Positions 12,443-24,127 are shown, counted from the first letter of the whole stretch. The stretch: 63,605 bases of DNA, filler included, from Olpidium bornovanus S191 (GCA_017911155.1; 28 parts of 28 records of this genome joined end to end with filler, not necessarily neighbours in it); one strand, 5' to 3'. Notes: generated from the letters alone by a model not told the origin. Numbers and translations are program-made.

Positions 12443-13474
12443 CATGTTTTCGAGCGTTTGAACGCCCAGGAAGGCTTTACTCTGGCCCTCACTCGGTCGT
12501 CGGAGGCCAGACTGCACTTCCTGGAACGCGAGGTGCATTACCTACGTGCCCGCGTTGTGGAAGGTGGTTGGATCGCCAGTGTGCGGCCGATTCACGAAAA
12601 TGACGAAGAATTCAACGCTCACCTCGAGGAATGTGATGCCGACCCGGCAGCCGGAAAGCAAAGCCTGTTGCGCTGGGCGGCCTCCGTCGGCGTCGGCGTC
12701 GTACACAGTATGGCCAGCGTGTTCCTTTGGCACTTCGACAAGGAGCCGCGCATACCCGCGCAGTTAATCCGGCTTCCTCGGCGAACCTTCCGCCTCGTTC
12801 GCTTCGCAAGTACAACGCCCGAGGAATTACTCCACCGCCACATCGCCGAGCGGGACTACGACGCCGCCCTGGCACTAGCCGCCGAATTTGGCCTCAACAC
12901 CGACCCCGTCCACCAGGCGATTTGGAACGAGACACAGGTGTCGCTCGGCTCGATCGACGATTACCTGGACAAAATCACTGACCGCAATTGGGTCCTTAAC
13001 GCCTGCCTGGACCGCGTTCCTGCCAGCCCGCTCGCCGCCCGTCAACTTCTGGAGTACGGCTTGCACCAGACGGATGTCCTAGACGAGCTGTTGGAGTACG
13101 CTCCGGCGGCTGATGTGGCTGACGAAAAATCCTCGTTGTACCCTGAGCGCGCGCTGCACAACATTGAGGGCGTGCCGGACGACCTAGCACTGGTGTGCGA
13201 GTACCGGTTGGTCTTTCTAAAATATCTGGACCGGCTGGATACTTTCATGGCGATCGAGGACAGCCAGGCCCTTGAAAGCGCGACTTCGAAGCACCCGCAA
13301 TCCGATCGGCATCCGCCTACCCTCTTCGCGCAAAAGTACGCGCAGTTTCGGGACATGAACGTCGTGGCTCTGGCCGCGGAGTTCGCCTACCACGAGCGGG
13401 TCCACGCGCTGCACGTCTTGTTCACAAGACACGGGAAGGACACGCTGCCGTACCGACTGTCCATTCTGAGCCAG
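12443..13474 (+). CDS. NBAS: NBAS / Sec39 (NRZ-Dsl1 ER tethering complex), internal single-exon fragment
   Basis: STTPEELLHRHIAERDYDAALALAAEFGLNTDPVHQAIW, SIDDYLDKITDRNWVLNACLDRVP, AARQLLEYGL, YRLVFLKYLDRLDTF, ALHVLFTRHGKDTLPYRLSILS. Colinear with recalled animal NBAS (STTPEELYQRKI...ALEILFTYHGSDLLPHRLAILS). Confidence 0.87.
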
Positions 13475-13930
13475 NNNNNNNNNNNNNNNNNNNNNNNNNN
13501 NNNNNNNNNNNNNNNNNNTTAATTAATTAANNNNNNNNNNNNNNNNNNNNNNNNNNNNNNNNNNNNNNNNNNNNGCATGGTTGCGGGGCGGGCGGGCGGT
13601 CGTGCGAGCGGGAGGGAGAGGCGGGGTTCGGGCTCTCTGTCTTCTTCTTTTTTTTTCCCTTGTTCCCGCTTCCCCCCCTCTCTCTTTCTCTTTCCCTTTC
13701 TTTTTCTCACTGGCTCGCCGGTACAGGGGGGAAAAGGAGGGGCGTTTCCAAGGCGTTTTCGGTGGGAAGAGGGGGAGGGAGGGAAGGGCCGTCGTTTTCG
13801 TCCTCTCGCCTTTTTATACCCCGGGCGGGGAGCGGGGTGGGGGCGATGCGGCGATGCGGCGATGGGGGCGGAGGGAAAGGCGGGGTTGTGCGCTTCTCGT
13901 TTTGCGCCTGTGCGTTTCCGCGTTCCGTTT

Positions 13931-13980
13931 TTTGTTTTTGTTTTTGTTTTTTTTTGCTTTTGTTTTTGTTTTTGTTTTTC
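13931..13980. repeat. (TTTTTG)n-like low-complexity repeat in a T/C-rich non-coding contig
   Basis: tttgtttttgtttttgtttt...ttttgtttttgtttttgtttttc seen directly. Confidence 0.75.
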
Positions 13981-14710
13981 TCTTTTCTTCTCCCCCCGCC
14001 CGCTTCTCCGCTTTTTTCCGTGTGTGTAAAAAAAGGGGGGGGGGGTGTGTTTTCCTTTCCTTTTTCCGTAACATATAATATTTTTCTTTCTCTCTCTCTC
14101 TTGTTTTTATTTTTCGGTTTTTTTTTGCCTTGCGATGATGACGACACGCTTGCCCGCCGCCGCCGCCGTTTGGTGTTTGTTTATTGTTGTTTTGTTTGTT
14201 TGTTTTGCGGTTGTTTTTAGGCTTTCTGTGTGTGTCTTCTTTCTCCGTCCCGCTTTTTCCCCCTTTTTTTGTTTTTCTTTTTTTTTATTCTTTTTTTCCT
14301 GTTTGTTCGTTTTGTGTTCTCTCTTTTCCGCGTTCTCTTCTTCTCTTCCCCCTTGCGTTTTTGGCGCCCCCCGCCCCGCCCCGCCCCGCCTCGCGCTCAG
14401 CGGCCGTCTCTCCCAATCTTCTTCTTTCCATCCTTCCCTTCTTCCCTCAATCCTTCCCCGCTTCCCCCACCGCCCCCACCGCCCCCACCGCCCGCCCGGG
14501 TTGTGCAACGAAAGAAGAAAAAAAAAGCTTTTTCTCCCCGCCCCGTCCTCGGCCCCCCCCCCCCTTTCTACGTGTCCCAATATTGCGCCTCTCCTCCCCG
14601 AATCTCTGCGGGACCTGCCCGGGGCCGCGCGCGCCGCTTCCTTTTCCGTAAATTGCTCCTGCGCAGAAAAAAAAAACATCACCCCTGCCGGACGTTTTTG
14701 GCTCTCGCCT

Positions 14711-14748
<38 letters not shown>

Positions 14749-16047
14749 CCCCCCGGTCGCGTCGGATCCGCTCCCGGGAGGAGCCGGCAGTAAACGCCAC
14801 CGAGAGAACCTTTTTTGGGCCCCGTCTTCTTTTTCGGGCGTCAGGAGGAACTCCCCTCCGGGCTGCTGTCTACGGTTGTGATGAGGGTTCTAATGGGGGC
14901 CGCGGCTTCCACGGTCTGACTCCCTTCTTCCCCTTCCGATGAGACCTATCACAACGGTACCCTGCATGCTATAATTACATCCATATCTTATAATGCCTAC
15001 ACAAATCACACATATATAGTTCAAGTCTGATATTCACCTCGAGTGGTGATTGCTACATATCGGTTACTATGCGGAAGCCCTGCTAACTCTTGGCGAAGTC
15101 TGACCCGGCGATGCTGGCTGCCTTCCCGGTTAACGAGCCGGGCAGAACCGCACACTATCCGCGATGGACTTACCCGGCCAGGATGCGGATTTATGGCGCA
15201 CGGCCGTCGACGCAGAACTGCACCTGGAACGGTGAGGGGAAGACGGTGAGAAATTGGAGGAGGGGAGGCACTGCAACGCACGGCCGCATAGCCGCACAAA
15301 AGATCCAAGAGAAGTTGCAGGAACTCGCGGCCTTGATCCATGANNNNNNNNNNNNNNNNNNNNNNNNNNNNNNNNNNNNNNNNNNNNTTAATTAATTAAN
15401 NNNNNNNNNNNNNNNNNNNNNNNNNNNNNNNNNNNNNNNNNNNCCCCTAATTCACACCGTGCCCGCCAAACCCGTCGGCGCCGCTCTAAATGCAGAATCG
15501 GCAAAGGAAAAAAAATATGCAATGCTGTCCAGCCTGCTGTCCTTAATCACCGGGAATTTGCCAGTTGGAAGACACTTTCATCGCTCCCTTTTCTCACAAA
15601 CCCAGAAAGAAACACCTGCCCGAACACCACGACAAACACAAACCCAAAACAGAAATTCAAAAGGTGCGTGAGGAGGAGCAGGAGTGGGAGGAGCGGGAGG
15701 AGGAGCAGGAGGGGGAGGAAAAGGAGGGCATTTTGTCTGTTTTTGCTGAAAAATCTAGCGGCGACCCTTTAGTTCATACAGAAGTGATATAATCTCGTCT
15801 TTTAGCTTGAGTTGCTGCTTGAGGCATTCAGTATCCTTCAATTTTTTATTTCAAAAACGCGGAAATGTTAGAGACGAGTCCCGATGTATCCGCAGCATTC
15901 TTAAACGCTAGTGACCCACGTCGCAATTGCTTTTACAGGGCAGGTCGCAGGGCGGGGACTGCGGGGCGGCCGGCTTGGCGGCGGGGAGGCCGGCCCCCGT
16001 ATAGCCGTCGGCGGCGCGCGGCGCGCGGTGTCCCAGAGGCCAACGGG

Positions 16048-16263
16048 GCGCGTCAGCCATCCAGTTTGGCAACAGAAGGCCACAGTTTTAGCCGCGCCGG
16101 GCGGCAGGGGACCGGCGGCTTGGGGAGGCGGCGGGGTCCGGGTGGCGGGCCGGCTCGGCGGGGCGGCAGCTTGCTGGCGACGGCGGGGACTTGGAGGGAG
16201 AGGACGGCGGGCGTTGCTGCGCATGCCGGCGGCGTGTCAGCCATCCAGCTTGGTAACGGAAGG
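16048..16263. repeat. Pair of 32-bp imperfect direct repeats (16048-16079 and 16232-16263)
   Basis: gcgcgtcagccatccagtttggcaacagaagg versus gcgtgtcagccatccagcttggtaacggaagg: 4 mismatches, all transitions, 184 bp apart. Confidence 0.8.
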
Positions 16264-17030
16264 AAGCGTCCACACGCAAGTCCTTACCGTTTTCTTGGGA
16301 GGCGTTTGGGCGGCGGACGGGGCGGGCGGGGGGGTGTGAGGGAAAGCGGGGAGCGCAGGCGTTTATGCTTTCCCTCCCCCGCCCTCGGCCCCCTCCCGCT
16401 TCCCCTTCGGCTTACGCTTTTCCTTTTCCGGGGAAAACCAAAAAGAAACCGGAAGAGAGACCAGAAAGGGAAAGTCCGTCACAAGTTTCGGGCCAATTCG
16501 CCAGCCACCGTGGCGGCGGCGACGCAGGTGTAAGACTTCTCCTGTGCTGCAGCGCTTTTTGCCGGTATCAATATCACTTCAGCGAGACCAAGACCAACGG
16601 AACGAAAAAAAATGGTTATCGCAGCGGTCTGGGCTGCAAAAACAAGACGAGCAGTGAAAGGAACTTCTGCGATGTACTTGGTACATTTCGTTTACAGTAA
16701 AAAAGTATACAGACAAGAACCTGCACNNNNNNNNNNNNNNNNNNNNNNNNNNNNNNNNNNNNNNNNNNNNTTAATTAATTAANNNNNNNNNNNNNNNNNN
16801 NNNNNNNNNNNNNNNNNNNNNNNNNNAGCCTTCCGTCTCGTACGCCTTCGTCGCCGTGGTCCTGAGTCCGTGGCTGTGGCTGCTTGCCTCAGTAGGTTGG
16901 AAAGATTGGGTTTTGATCCCTCGAAAACCTGTTTCCTCCGCGGCATGCTTTTTTTGTCGAGACCTTTCCGGGTGCCGACTTCCACCGCTGACTCCCACAA
17001 ATCCTGGTTTTTTTTTTATTTGCTTTCGCC

Positions 17031-17540
17031 TTGAAGTGGCGACACCTCGGGGTCAACTTGGACCAGTTTTCGGGTAGCTTCTCGACGATGGTCCCCGTCG
17101 TTGGGTTTTTCTGCTCTCTTTGCGGGATGATGGTCGTCATCTTCACCTACTGGATTTCTGTCACCCTCTTCCCAACGCTCATCTACCTCTCGATCCTCGG
17201 CCTGCTTGCCGCCGTGTCCGGACGGCAGATGCTGGCAAACATGGCCCGCGTGCGGCTTGGGTTAGCGTCTTCATAGGCGACGTCAACTTTCTCACATATC
17301 GAAACAGAACAGGACGTCTCAGGAAAATGGAGCTGGATTTGCTCTTCCATGTTCGTATTGCACATCGTCAATTGCCGGTTCTCTCCGTTATACGTAAATC
17401 CGGACGGCGTGCGGCGAGCTAAAGGCAAAAGGTGACAGGATACGAGGTAGAGGACGCGCTTCAGGTAGCTATAGCCACCACCTGTGCCGGAAGGTACGCA
17501 TTAGGAAGAGCCAGATTTTGCTTTCATGCCAGATGGCATG
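17031..17540 (+). CDS. Unidentified multi-pass membrane protein, probable 3' exons
   Basis: KWRHLGVNLDQFSGSFSTMVPVVGFFCSLCGMMVVIFTYWISVTLFPTLIYLSILGLLAAVSGRQMLANMAR gives two hydrophobic helices. Plausible GT-AG splicing leads to GDVNFLTYRNRTGRLRKMELDLLFH / VTGYEVEDALQ / MA*. No family recognised. Confidence 0.42.
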
Positions 17541-18141
17541 ATCTGTGCCAATCAACTTGGGAGGCTTGCCTGGCGAACCGCACCAGTTACCTCCTGATCA
17601 TTTGGGCACACATCACTGCGCGCACTATGCATGTCGAGGTCTTGAAACCGAAGGACCGGGTTTCGGTTATTTATTCCAATGTTGGACTTGGTGTGCGAGG
17701 GCCCTTAACGTTCAGGCATACCATCTGAGTACGCGACTCGCAGCTAGCTCAAATGTCTTATCTACTTGTATGCCTGAGAGCTGCATAGTGCTTTCGGCTT
17801 ATTGGAGACTGAGGGTGTTGTGGGTGGTTTTCTTTTTTTTTGGAGGGGGGGGGGGGGGGGGGGAAAAGGGATAGGCAAGACCACTTGGGGCTTCATTCCC
17901 GCCGTAAAACACCGACTTCCGCCGCTCCGGCTCCGCGCTAACGTCCTTCTGCCGCGCCGTCGCTGCGCGCGTCCGTGAGCTTTTCCCGGTCCCTTTTCGC
18001 GACAGAGTAAATCGAACACAAAACTTCCGGTCGCGCTTGCCTGCGCTGGTCGCCCTCCCCGACATTCGCCGAGAACGCCGGCCCCCAACCCTCCCGCATG
18101 TCCTCCTGTCTCGCTCGGCGCAGCGGAGAGGCGCACTTATA

Positions 18142-18217
18142 GCTGGTTCGCCGTGCGGCTCCGTCCCCGGGATGTTCCATCCAAACGTGCAGGCGAACCG
18201 GAGCCTCCGCCTCGACA
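18142..18217 (+). pseudogene. Degenerate or error-laden fragment of a Rad6/Ubc2-like E2 ubiquitin-conjugating enzyme active-site region
   Basis: Reads MFHPNVQANRSLRLD versus the canonical E2 MFHPNVYAxGSICLD; the catalytic Cys position is CGC (Arg). The upstream 'AVR' needs a 1-nt shift. It lies at a contig end. Confidence 0.4.
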
Positions 18218-18317
18218 NNNNNNNNNNNNNNNNNNNNNNNNNNNNNNNNNNNNNNNNNNNNTTAATTAATTAANNNNNNNNNNNNNNNNNNNNNNNNNNN
18301 NNNNNNNNNNNNNNNNN

Positions 18318-18905
18318 CATGCCAGCAGCGACGAAGACGACGACGGGACAGGTTTGCCCCCTGAGAATCAGGGTCGGTTAAGCCGTAACACCTCTGCACC
18401 GCCTCGCCGGTTCCAGTTATTGCAAAGTCGGGAGCCCCGCCGGCTGGGCGCCGCCGCCAACGCTGTTCCCGGGGTCTTCTCGGATGCGCAAGACCCGGGG
18501 ATTCGAGTCGACGACGGCGACCTTCCATCGCCCACGGACTTCGCCCCTGGCCGCCGAAATCGCGACGAGAGCCACTGGTTTTTGGCCTTTGATAACAAAT
18601 ACATCAAGCCTTTCCTCGCGGTCCGGCACGCTAGCGGCGACCGACTCCTGCAACGATTCCAGTGGGCTGAACCTTTTTCGCCCCAGGCCGCATTTCCGCC
18701 ATTTGATGGCGAGAATCCTACGTCGCCCGTTAATCGGCCCCTAAGTCCCAGCGGTGCGGCGAACTGGGGCCGGGTGAACCGTGGGAGGTTTTGGCATCAG
18801 CGGCTACCGGCCCTGCCGGCGGTTGCAAGCATCTCTGGGGATTCTAGTTCTGAGGCACCCGCGCACCCGCCTCCTGCGCTGGATGGTTCGCTCATAGACG
18901 TCTAG
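18318..18905 (+). CDS. Probable endosomal Na+/H+ exchanger (Nhx1/NHE6-type) cytoplasmic C-terminal tail
   Basis: ESHWFLAFDNKYIKPFL resembles the conserved WFxxFDxxxLKP motif of Nhx1/NHE6-9 tails. It is flanked by acidic and low-complexity sequence, with a stop at 18903-18905. Confidence 0.5.
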   Translation, partial: HASSDEDDDGTGLPPENQGRLSRNTSAPPRRFQLLQSREPRRLGAAANAVPGVFSDAQDPGIRVDDGDLPSPTDFAPGRRNRDESHWFLAFDNKYIKPFLAVRHASGDRLLQRFQWAEPFSPQAAFPPFDGENPTSPVNRPLSPSGAANWGRVNRGRFWHQRLPALPAVASISGDSSSEAPAHPPPALDGSLIDV

Positions 18906-19286
18906 ATCAAGAGAGACCAAACTAGCTGACACAATTCGCCGCATACAGTGTAATATAGTAGTTTCACTTTCCGCTTTCGTATATTTGTCTCCTGGTCTGC
19001 CAGAAGAAGCGTCCGCCGAGTCATGTGCTGGCCCGGGAAATTAGGCAGCGTTGTCGATTCGGTCGCTGCCGCAAAGTCCAAAGTACTGATCCGGTAAGGA
19101 TCAGCAGGAAGGGGAGGCACTGCGCGGACGCAGGCGCCGTGTTTACATGCCCAAGAGTCTCGCTCGTCGTAGTTTCACCCCGCCTTCCCCCTTCCCTCCA
19201 TCCCCCCAACAAAGGAAAACGGGTCCGCATCGACTGGTGTCCGTCCGCGTTCCAATTGGACAAAAATCCGCAGAAATTGCTCACGG

Positions 19287-19501
19287 CTACCTTGCCTTTC
19301 CACCCTTATTCCGCGCCGCCCCGGTACCCGCGGTCGGTTTCTGTGCCCTCCGCGCGGCATCCAGGCATTCTTCCATCTTGTGGTCGAACACCTTGCGCAC
19401 GAACAGTCCGCTCTCGTCAAAGCAGGACGAGAACGGGATAGGGAACTCAACCTGAGACTGAGCATTTGGGACACGCGAGGTCGCGTCTGGGAACTCCATG
19501 G
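19287..19501 (-). CDS. Unidentified coding exon fragment
   Basis: PMEFPDATSRVPNAQSQVEFPIPFSSCFDESGLFVRKVFDHKMEECLDAARRAQK has protein-like composition and runs into the linker; family not recognised. Confidence 0.3.
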
Positions 19502-19611
19502 NNNNNNNNNNNNNNNNNNNNNNNNNNNNNNNNNNNNNNNNNNNNTTAATTAATTAANNNNNNNNNNNNNNNNNNNNNNNNNNNNNNNNNNNNNNNNNNN
19601 NCATGTAACGG

Positions 19612-20040
19612 CAAACCTCGTCATTCAAGACCATCTGCGGGTCGAATTCCTCGGAATCCGACGACAAATACCCCACAGATTCCTTGTGGCCAGGGGTTCT
19701 TCCGGCCCTGGAAGACGAGGAGGCGCCGGCGGGACGCTTCCGGCTCTCGCTGCCGCCGCCGCTATTGCTCATATTGCGCTTTTTGTGCCGCCGGTTCGGC
19801 GTAGGCTCGCCGCCGACGGCGTCCACAGGGTATGGACAGTTGGGCACCGCCGAATCCCCTGCGGAAGTGAAGCTACCCGAACTGGCCGGGTCGAAGTGCT
19901 ATAAGGGGAAAGCATACCGCAGGAAAGAGACCGGCGTTACGGAGCAGTCGGTCACACAGACATGCTACGGAGCGAAGTGCCTTACCGGTTGCATAAGAAC
20001 GTCCGCCTGCATCGCCTGCGGTGTCGTCGAAGTCCCGCTA
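19612..20040 (-). CDS. Unidentified low-complexity coding exons (possible nuclear protein N-terminus)
   Basis: HFDPASSGSFTSAGDS...PNRRHKKRNMSN...SRKRP...GYLSSDSEEFDPQMVLNDE between AG and GT sites; contains NLS-like basic clusters. Confidence 0.33.
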
Positions 20041-22503
20041 TGCTAACCAGCGCTGGGTCGGCACGGACGATTATGTTTGTCTTTTCGTTTCCGAGAAACC
20101 TGCAGGGCGAGACGGGGAGATGAGGACAAAGATGAACTTCCAGCCGGTGGGCAAAATTATTACGTTGAACGCAGGCGAAAGCACAAGTCGAGCGGGGACT
20201 TCACAACCACAGCAGGCGAAATTCATCGGTTCTAGCGGACGTTCCCCCTACCTCGTCCTCGCCAATTGCTGCGTCGGAGCTGCCGCAAGTGGGAAGACTG
20301 GAGAGTTCCGCGCGCCCGTTCTGCGGCGGCGGTGTGACTCCCTCAACGCTGTTTTCTGTGTGAGGCGTTTTACGCTTTTCGCCCGCGCTCTCCCTCCGTC
20401 GGCGGTCGGGCGGACAGGGACTGGGGAGGAGGGTTTCTTCCCCCACGGCCGGCGGCGGTGTTCGTTCTGCGCACCCGCAAGAGAACCGTGACGGACGAGC
20501 GCCGTCGGCGTGAGAGCCGGGGGGAGGGGGATGGAGAAGAAGACGCAGAGGACGCGAGAAGGGGGAGGGGAAGGGAGGAGGGAGGAACGAGGAAGGGGGC
20601 GGGGAAGCGGCGGCACGCGGTGCACGAGGAGCGGCGTGGGCGACCGGCGAAGTGGGAGGAGGAGGAGGGACGGGGCGGATCGGGGCCCGGCGGAAGGAGG
20701 GAGGCGGAGGGGGGATGGGGCGGGCGGGGGGAAGCGAACGAAGGGAAGGGGGTGTGGCGGGCGGGCGGGCGGGCGGTCGCGGGAGCGAGCGCGGGGCAGG
20801 CGGAGACGCGGAGAGCAGAGAGCGAACAGGGAAAGAGGAGCGAGGAGGATGATGAGAGGGGACGGGAGGAGAGAGAGTCTGCGGGCTTGCGGGCCTGTCC
20901 GTCGTCATCGCCCGCCCGCGCGCCCTCTGCTCCGACCCTGCCGAGGTTCCATTTCGTGCACGGGCCACGCGCATCGCCCTTCGGAATGAGTTTTCCGTCC
21001 AGCCGGAAAAGCCTCAATATGACGGATCGGGACAAGTGGGCCGGCGGGCCGGGGTTTCAGACACGAAATATTCTTTTGATTTCAATTGTTTTTTTTATTT
21101 TTCTCTTTTCCCTACAAAAATCCACCTACGCCAGCGCTGTACTCGGCGGGACCTGCGATGCCTACCCGCGAGCAAAGTTTGCCAGGATACACCTTCAAGT
21201 GGTCCGCCAAAGCCGAGGATCGCCACGACCGAAAAAATACACGCCCGGGAAGGAAGGGGAGGGGAAAGAGAGAGAGACCACGACGGCGGGCAATTGAGAA
21301 AAATCTCACCGCCTCTTTGACCTGCTGGTTTTGCAAATCCCTCTGGCTTCAAAATGGAAAACGTGTGCCGTCCCCGTCAGGCATCGTGCTCTCCTCATCC
21401 CCGAATTTACTTGCTGTTTCTTTATTTCTTTTTTTCTAAGGCCTCGACTAATGCGGAGAGCTCGGGCCGTTTCGGGCTGTTGTGAATCGTGCGATGCTGT
21501 GCTTGGGTATGTTCAACAATGTCAGTTAGGATCACCAAAATGCACACCCACGTGGTTGGTTCGGACCGTTCTGCTTACGTTGCGGGTTCGGTGGGGGGGG
21601 GGNNNNNNNNNNNNNNNNNNNNNNNNNNNNNNNNNNNNNNNNNNNNTTAATTAATTAANNNNNNNNNNNNNNNNNNNNNNNNNNNNNNNNNNNNNNNNNN
21701 NNCCCTTCGCCCGAGCCGCTGCCGCGGCGAGAATCCTCGCCAACGCGGCAGCCGCGTTCCGGGCGATGAGATGCTTTCTGCACCCCCATGTGTCGAAGAG
21801 TTTGTTTTTTTTTTTCGGGGCCCGCCGAATTCGCGAATTTGGTCATCAGCTGCACCGCAAACGCCGCTCTGGCAAAGTTTGCTTTCCACTGCGGCGCGCC
21901 TTGGTCACATCGCTCCGGCAGTCGGTCTCTCCGAACCAGGCGACAAAGACCAGGCGGCCGATTTACTTGGTGACCGCGCCCGCTGGGGCGCGAGCAGCAC
22001 AATCGGGCATTGCCGCGGCGGGTCCTTGGCGGGACGGGCGGTTTGCGTTTGGGGTCTTCGCACACGTGACGGCACGTAGCTCCAGGGGGTCATAACTCAC
22101 GTGATGTCACGCGCCCCGCCGCCGGAAACTCCCCTCCCCGGCCCATCCCCCCCACCTCCGGGCGCGCGGCAACCGGCGCCGAACTTGCAACACGACAGCT
22201 CTTGCAGACCAGAGTCGCCGGCGGAACGCGCCGCGGAGGACGAGGAGCGAGCGCTGCGCGCGTGCCTCGGCTCCAAGAGGCGGCCGCGCCCGAAAACGAG
22301 AAGGCCCGAGCCGCTGTCCGGGGAACTGTCTGCGGACGGGCGGGTCGGTCGAAGACCAAAAAAAAAGGCCCTCGACACTGTTGCGTCTTTTTTCTGTCGC
22401 GGCCCGCGGTCGACCTCACCGCGCCCTCGGCCGCTCTGTCCGTCCTGCGTCGCGGCCGTTTCGGACGACGCCCAAACACTCCGACGACGCCCGTCACGGG
22501 GGG

Positions 22504-24127
22504 ATGAAACTGGAAACGGAACCGCCTTTCGCACACGCGTCGCGCGCCGCCGCCGATTCCGCCGTCTGCGGCATGCAGGAGCCTCCGCCGCACGGCGGCG
22601 AGGTCGCGCAGGCCAAGGAAAAGCAGCTGCCGGCGCCGCGCAGTCCCGGCGCTCCGCTTTTTGCCCTCGACCCCAACCCCAACCTCTCCCCTCTCGGCTC
22701 CGTGTCGTCCGGAGGTCTGTCACCGCCCAGCGCTTCTTTCGAACAACCCGGGCGCGACGCCGCGCTCGCGCCAAATTGGGAAGGAAGAATTCCTCTGGTC
22801 GTGGACAAAGTAATGGAACTCAAGCGCGTGGCCATGGAGGACCTGCGAGCTCAGATCTACGCGCAGCACGGCGCCGCGGCGTTTGCCGCACTGACGGCGC
22901 AGATGGACGAGCAGCTTCCCAATTTCGTGCGCGACCCCCAGTTCTCCCTTGAGGAATTCAAAGAGATCCTTGCGCTGACGAAGTCGGTCATAGACGAGAA
23001 GGCAGCGGAAATTTCGAAAGCCAAGCGAGTGGAAGCCTATTTGCAAGCCCTGCGGCACTCTGCGCCGGCCCCCTCCTCCCCTTGCGAGGCTCCGGAATCA
23101 CCGTTTGTAAATCATAAACCAAAAAGTTCTTGGACTGAGTCGGTTGGCCTTCCGTCGCTCTCTCTAGTCACTTGTCCCGCCGCCGCCAGCCAGCCTCCGT
23201 CTGCCCCCTCACCCGCGTCCGCCGGCGTGTCGGCCAGCCCGTTGCCGCCGGCGGCGTTTTCGGCTGGCGGATCTGGCGAGAGCGTCTCGATAACTTTGAG
23301 AAGGCCTCGTTCATTGTCACCCCCAAGTGGGTCGTCACCTGCGTCACCTGCCGCCGGTTTTGGTGGAGGGGTGCAAGGCGTCTGGAATCACAGTGAGTTG
23401 CAGCGCGCTTGCGTCGTCCCTGCTTGGCGCAGATGTCGGTCCGCCTGTCGGAGACGCCTCGCTTCAGGCTCTTCTTGGATGCTGCGCGTAGCGGTTGTTT
23501 CTCGCAGCGTCAGCCAGAATAACTCTCGGGGTTTCAGGTCGCATCATGACCTGACCTGACTTCACGATTTTGCTTTCACCGTCAGACGTGTATGATCCGG
23601 AGTCCCACGACGAAGATTTCCGCCGCGCTCATCCTTTGCCTAAACGTCCGGCCACGTGGAGTCGAAAGAGACAACGCGCGAGCTGCGCGGCTGGCGCGAA
23701 CGGTGCCGATCCGTCCTGCAACCCCAAGCATCCTGCGGGTTTCGATGATCAACGATGGTTCGTCCCGGTCGATTCTCCATCAGAAGCTGATGCAGCCTTC
23801 CAATCTGCATCGGTGGGCGAGGCGGCCTCTGCTAGGCGAAAGGGCAGGCCACACTGCGCCCACTGCAATGTCTACGGTCACTTCATCGACACCTGCTTCG
23901 ATCTTCACCCGCACCTGCGGGGTAGCCGGTCTCAGCTGCAGCGGCCGCACCCGAAGCGCATGAGCAGCGCTCCCTCGGACGTCGTCGCGCACGCGACGCA
24001 GGTGCGCATGCCGTCGCCCGTGACTGAAGCGGCACGGCCGCGAGGCCGGCGCCCGTTTTGCAGCAACTGCAACAGAACCGGGCACTACCTGGACCGGTGC
24101 TTCAGGCTCTATCCTCATCTTCGCAGC
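22504..24127 (+). CDS. Spliced gene encoding a helical domain, a Ser/Pro linker and two CCHC zinc knuckles (copia-Gag-like); exons 22504-23392 and 23586 to the contig end
   Basis: Donor ca|gtgagt at 23393, branch-like CTGAC near 23550, acceptor gtcag| at 23585, phase 1 on both sides. Knuckles CAHCNVYGHFIDTC-FDLHPHLR and CSNCNRTGHYLDRC-FRLYPHLR. No stops in the joined frame. Confidence 0.6.

Noticed and set aside
10522-13474. Zwilch next to NBAS (both work with ZW10) as a functional gene cluster
   Set aside because: They lie on separate contigs joined by an artificial linker, so adjacency carries no information without long reads.
13575-14880. Multiple long ORFs rich in F/L/P or K/R/G
   Set aside because: They are translations of T-, C- and A-rich low-complexity sequence and homopolymers, with no protein-like signal.
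14880-15343. Possible small minus-strand exons (MDQGREFLQLLLDLLCGY...; QHRRVRLRQELAGLPHSNRY...)
   Set aside because: Splice sites are plausible, but I could not fix a consistent frame or recognisable product.
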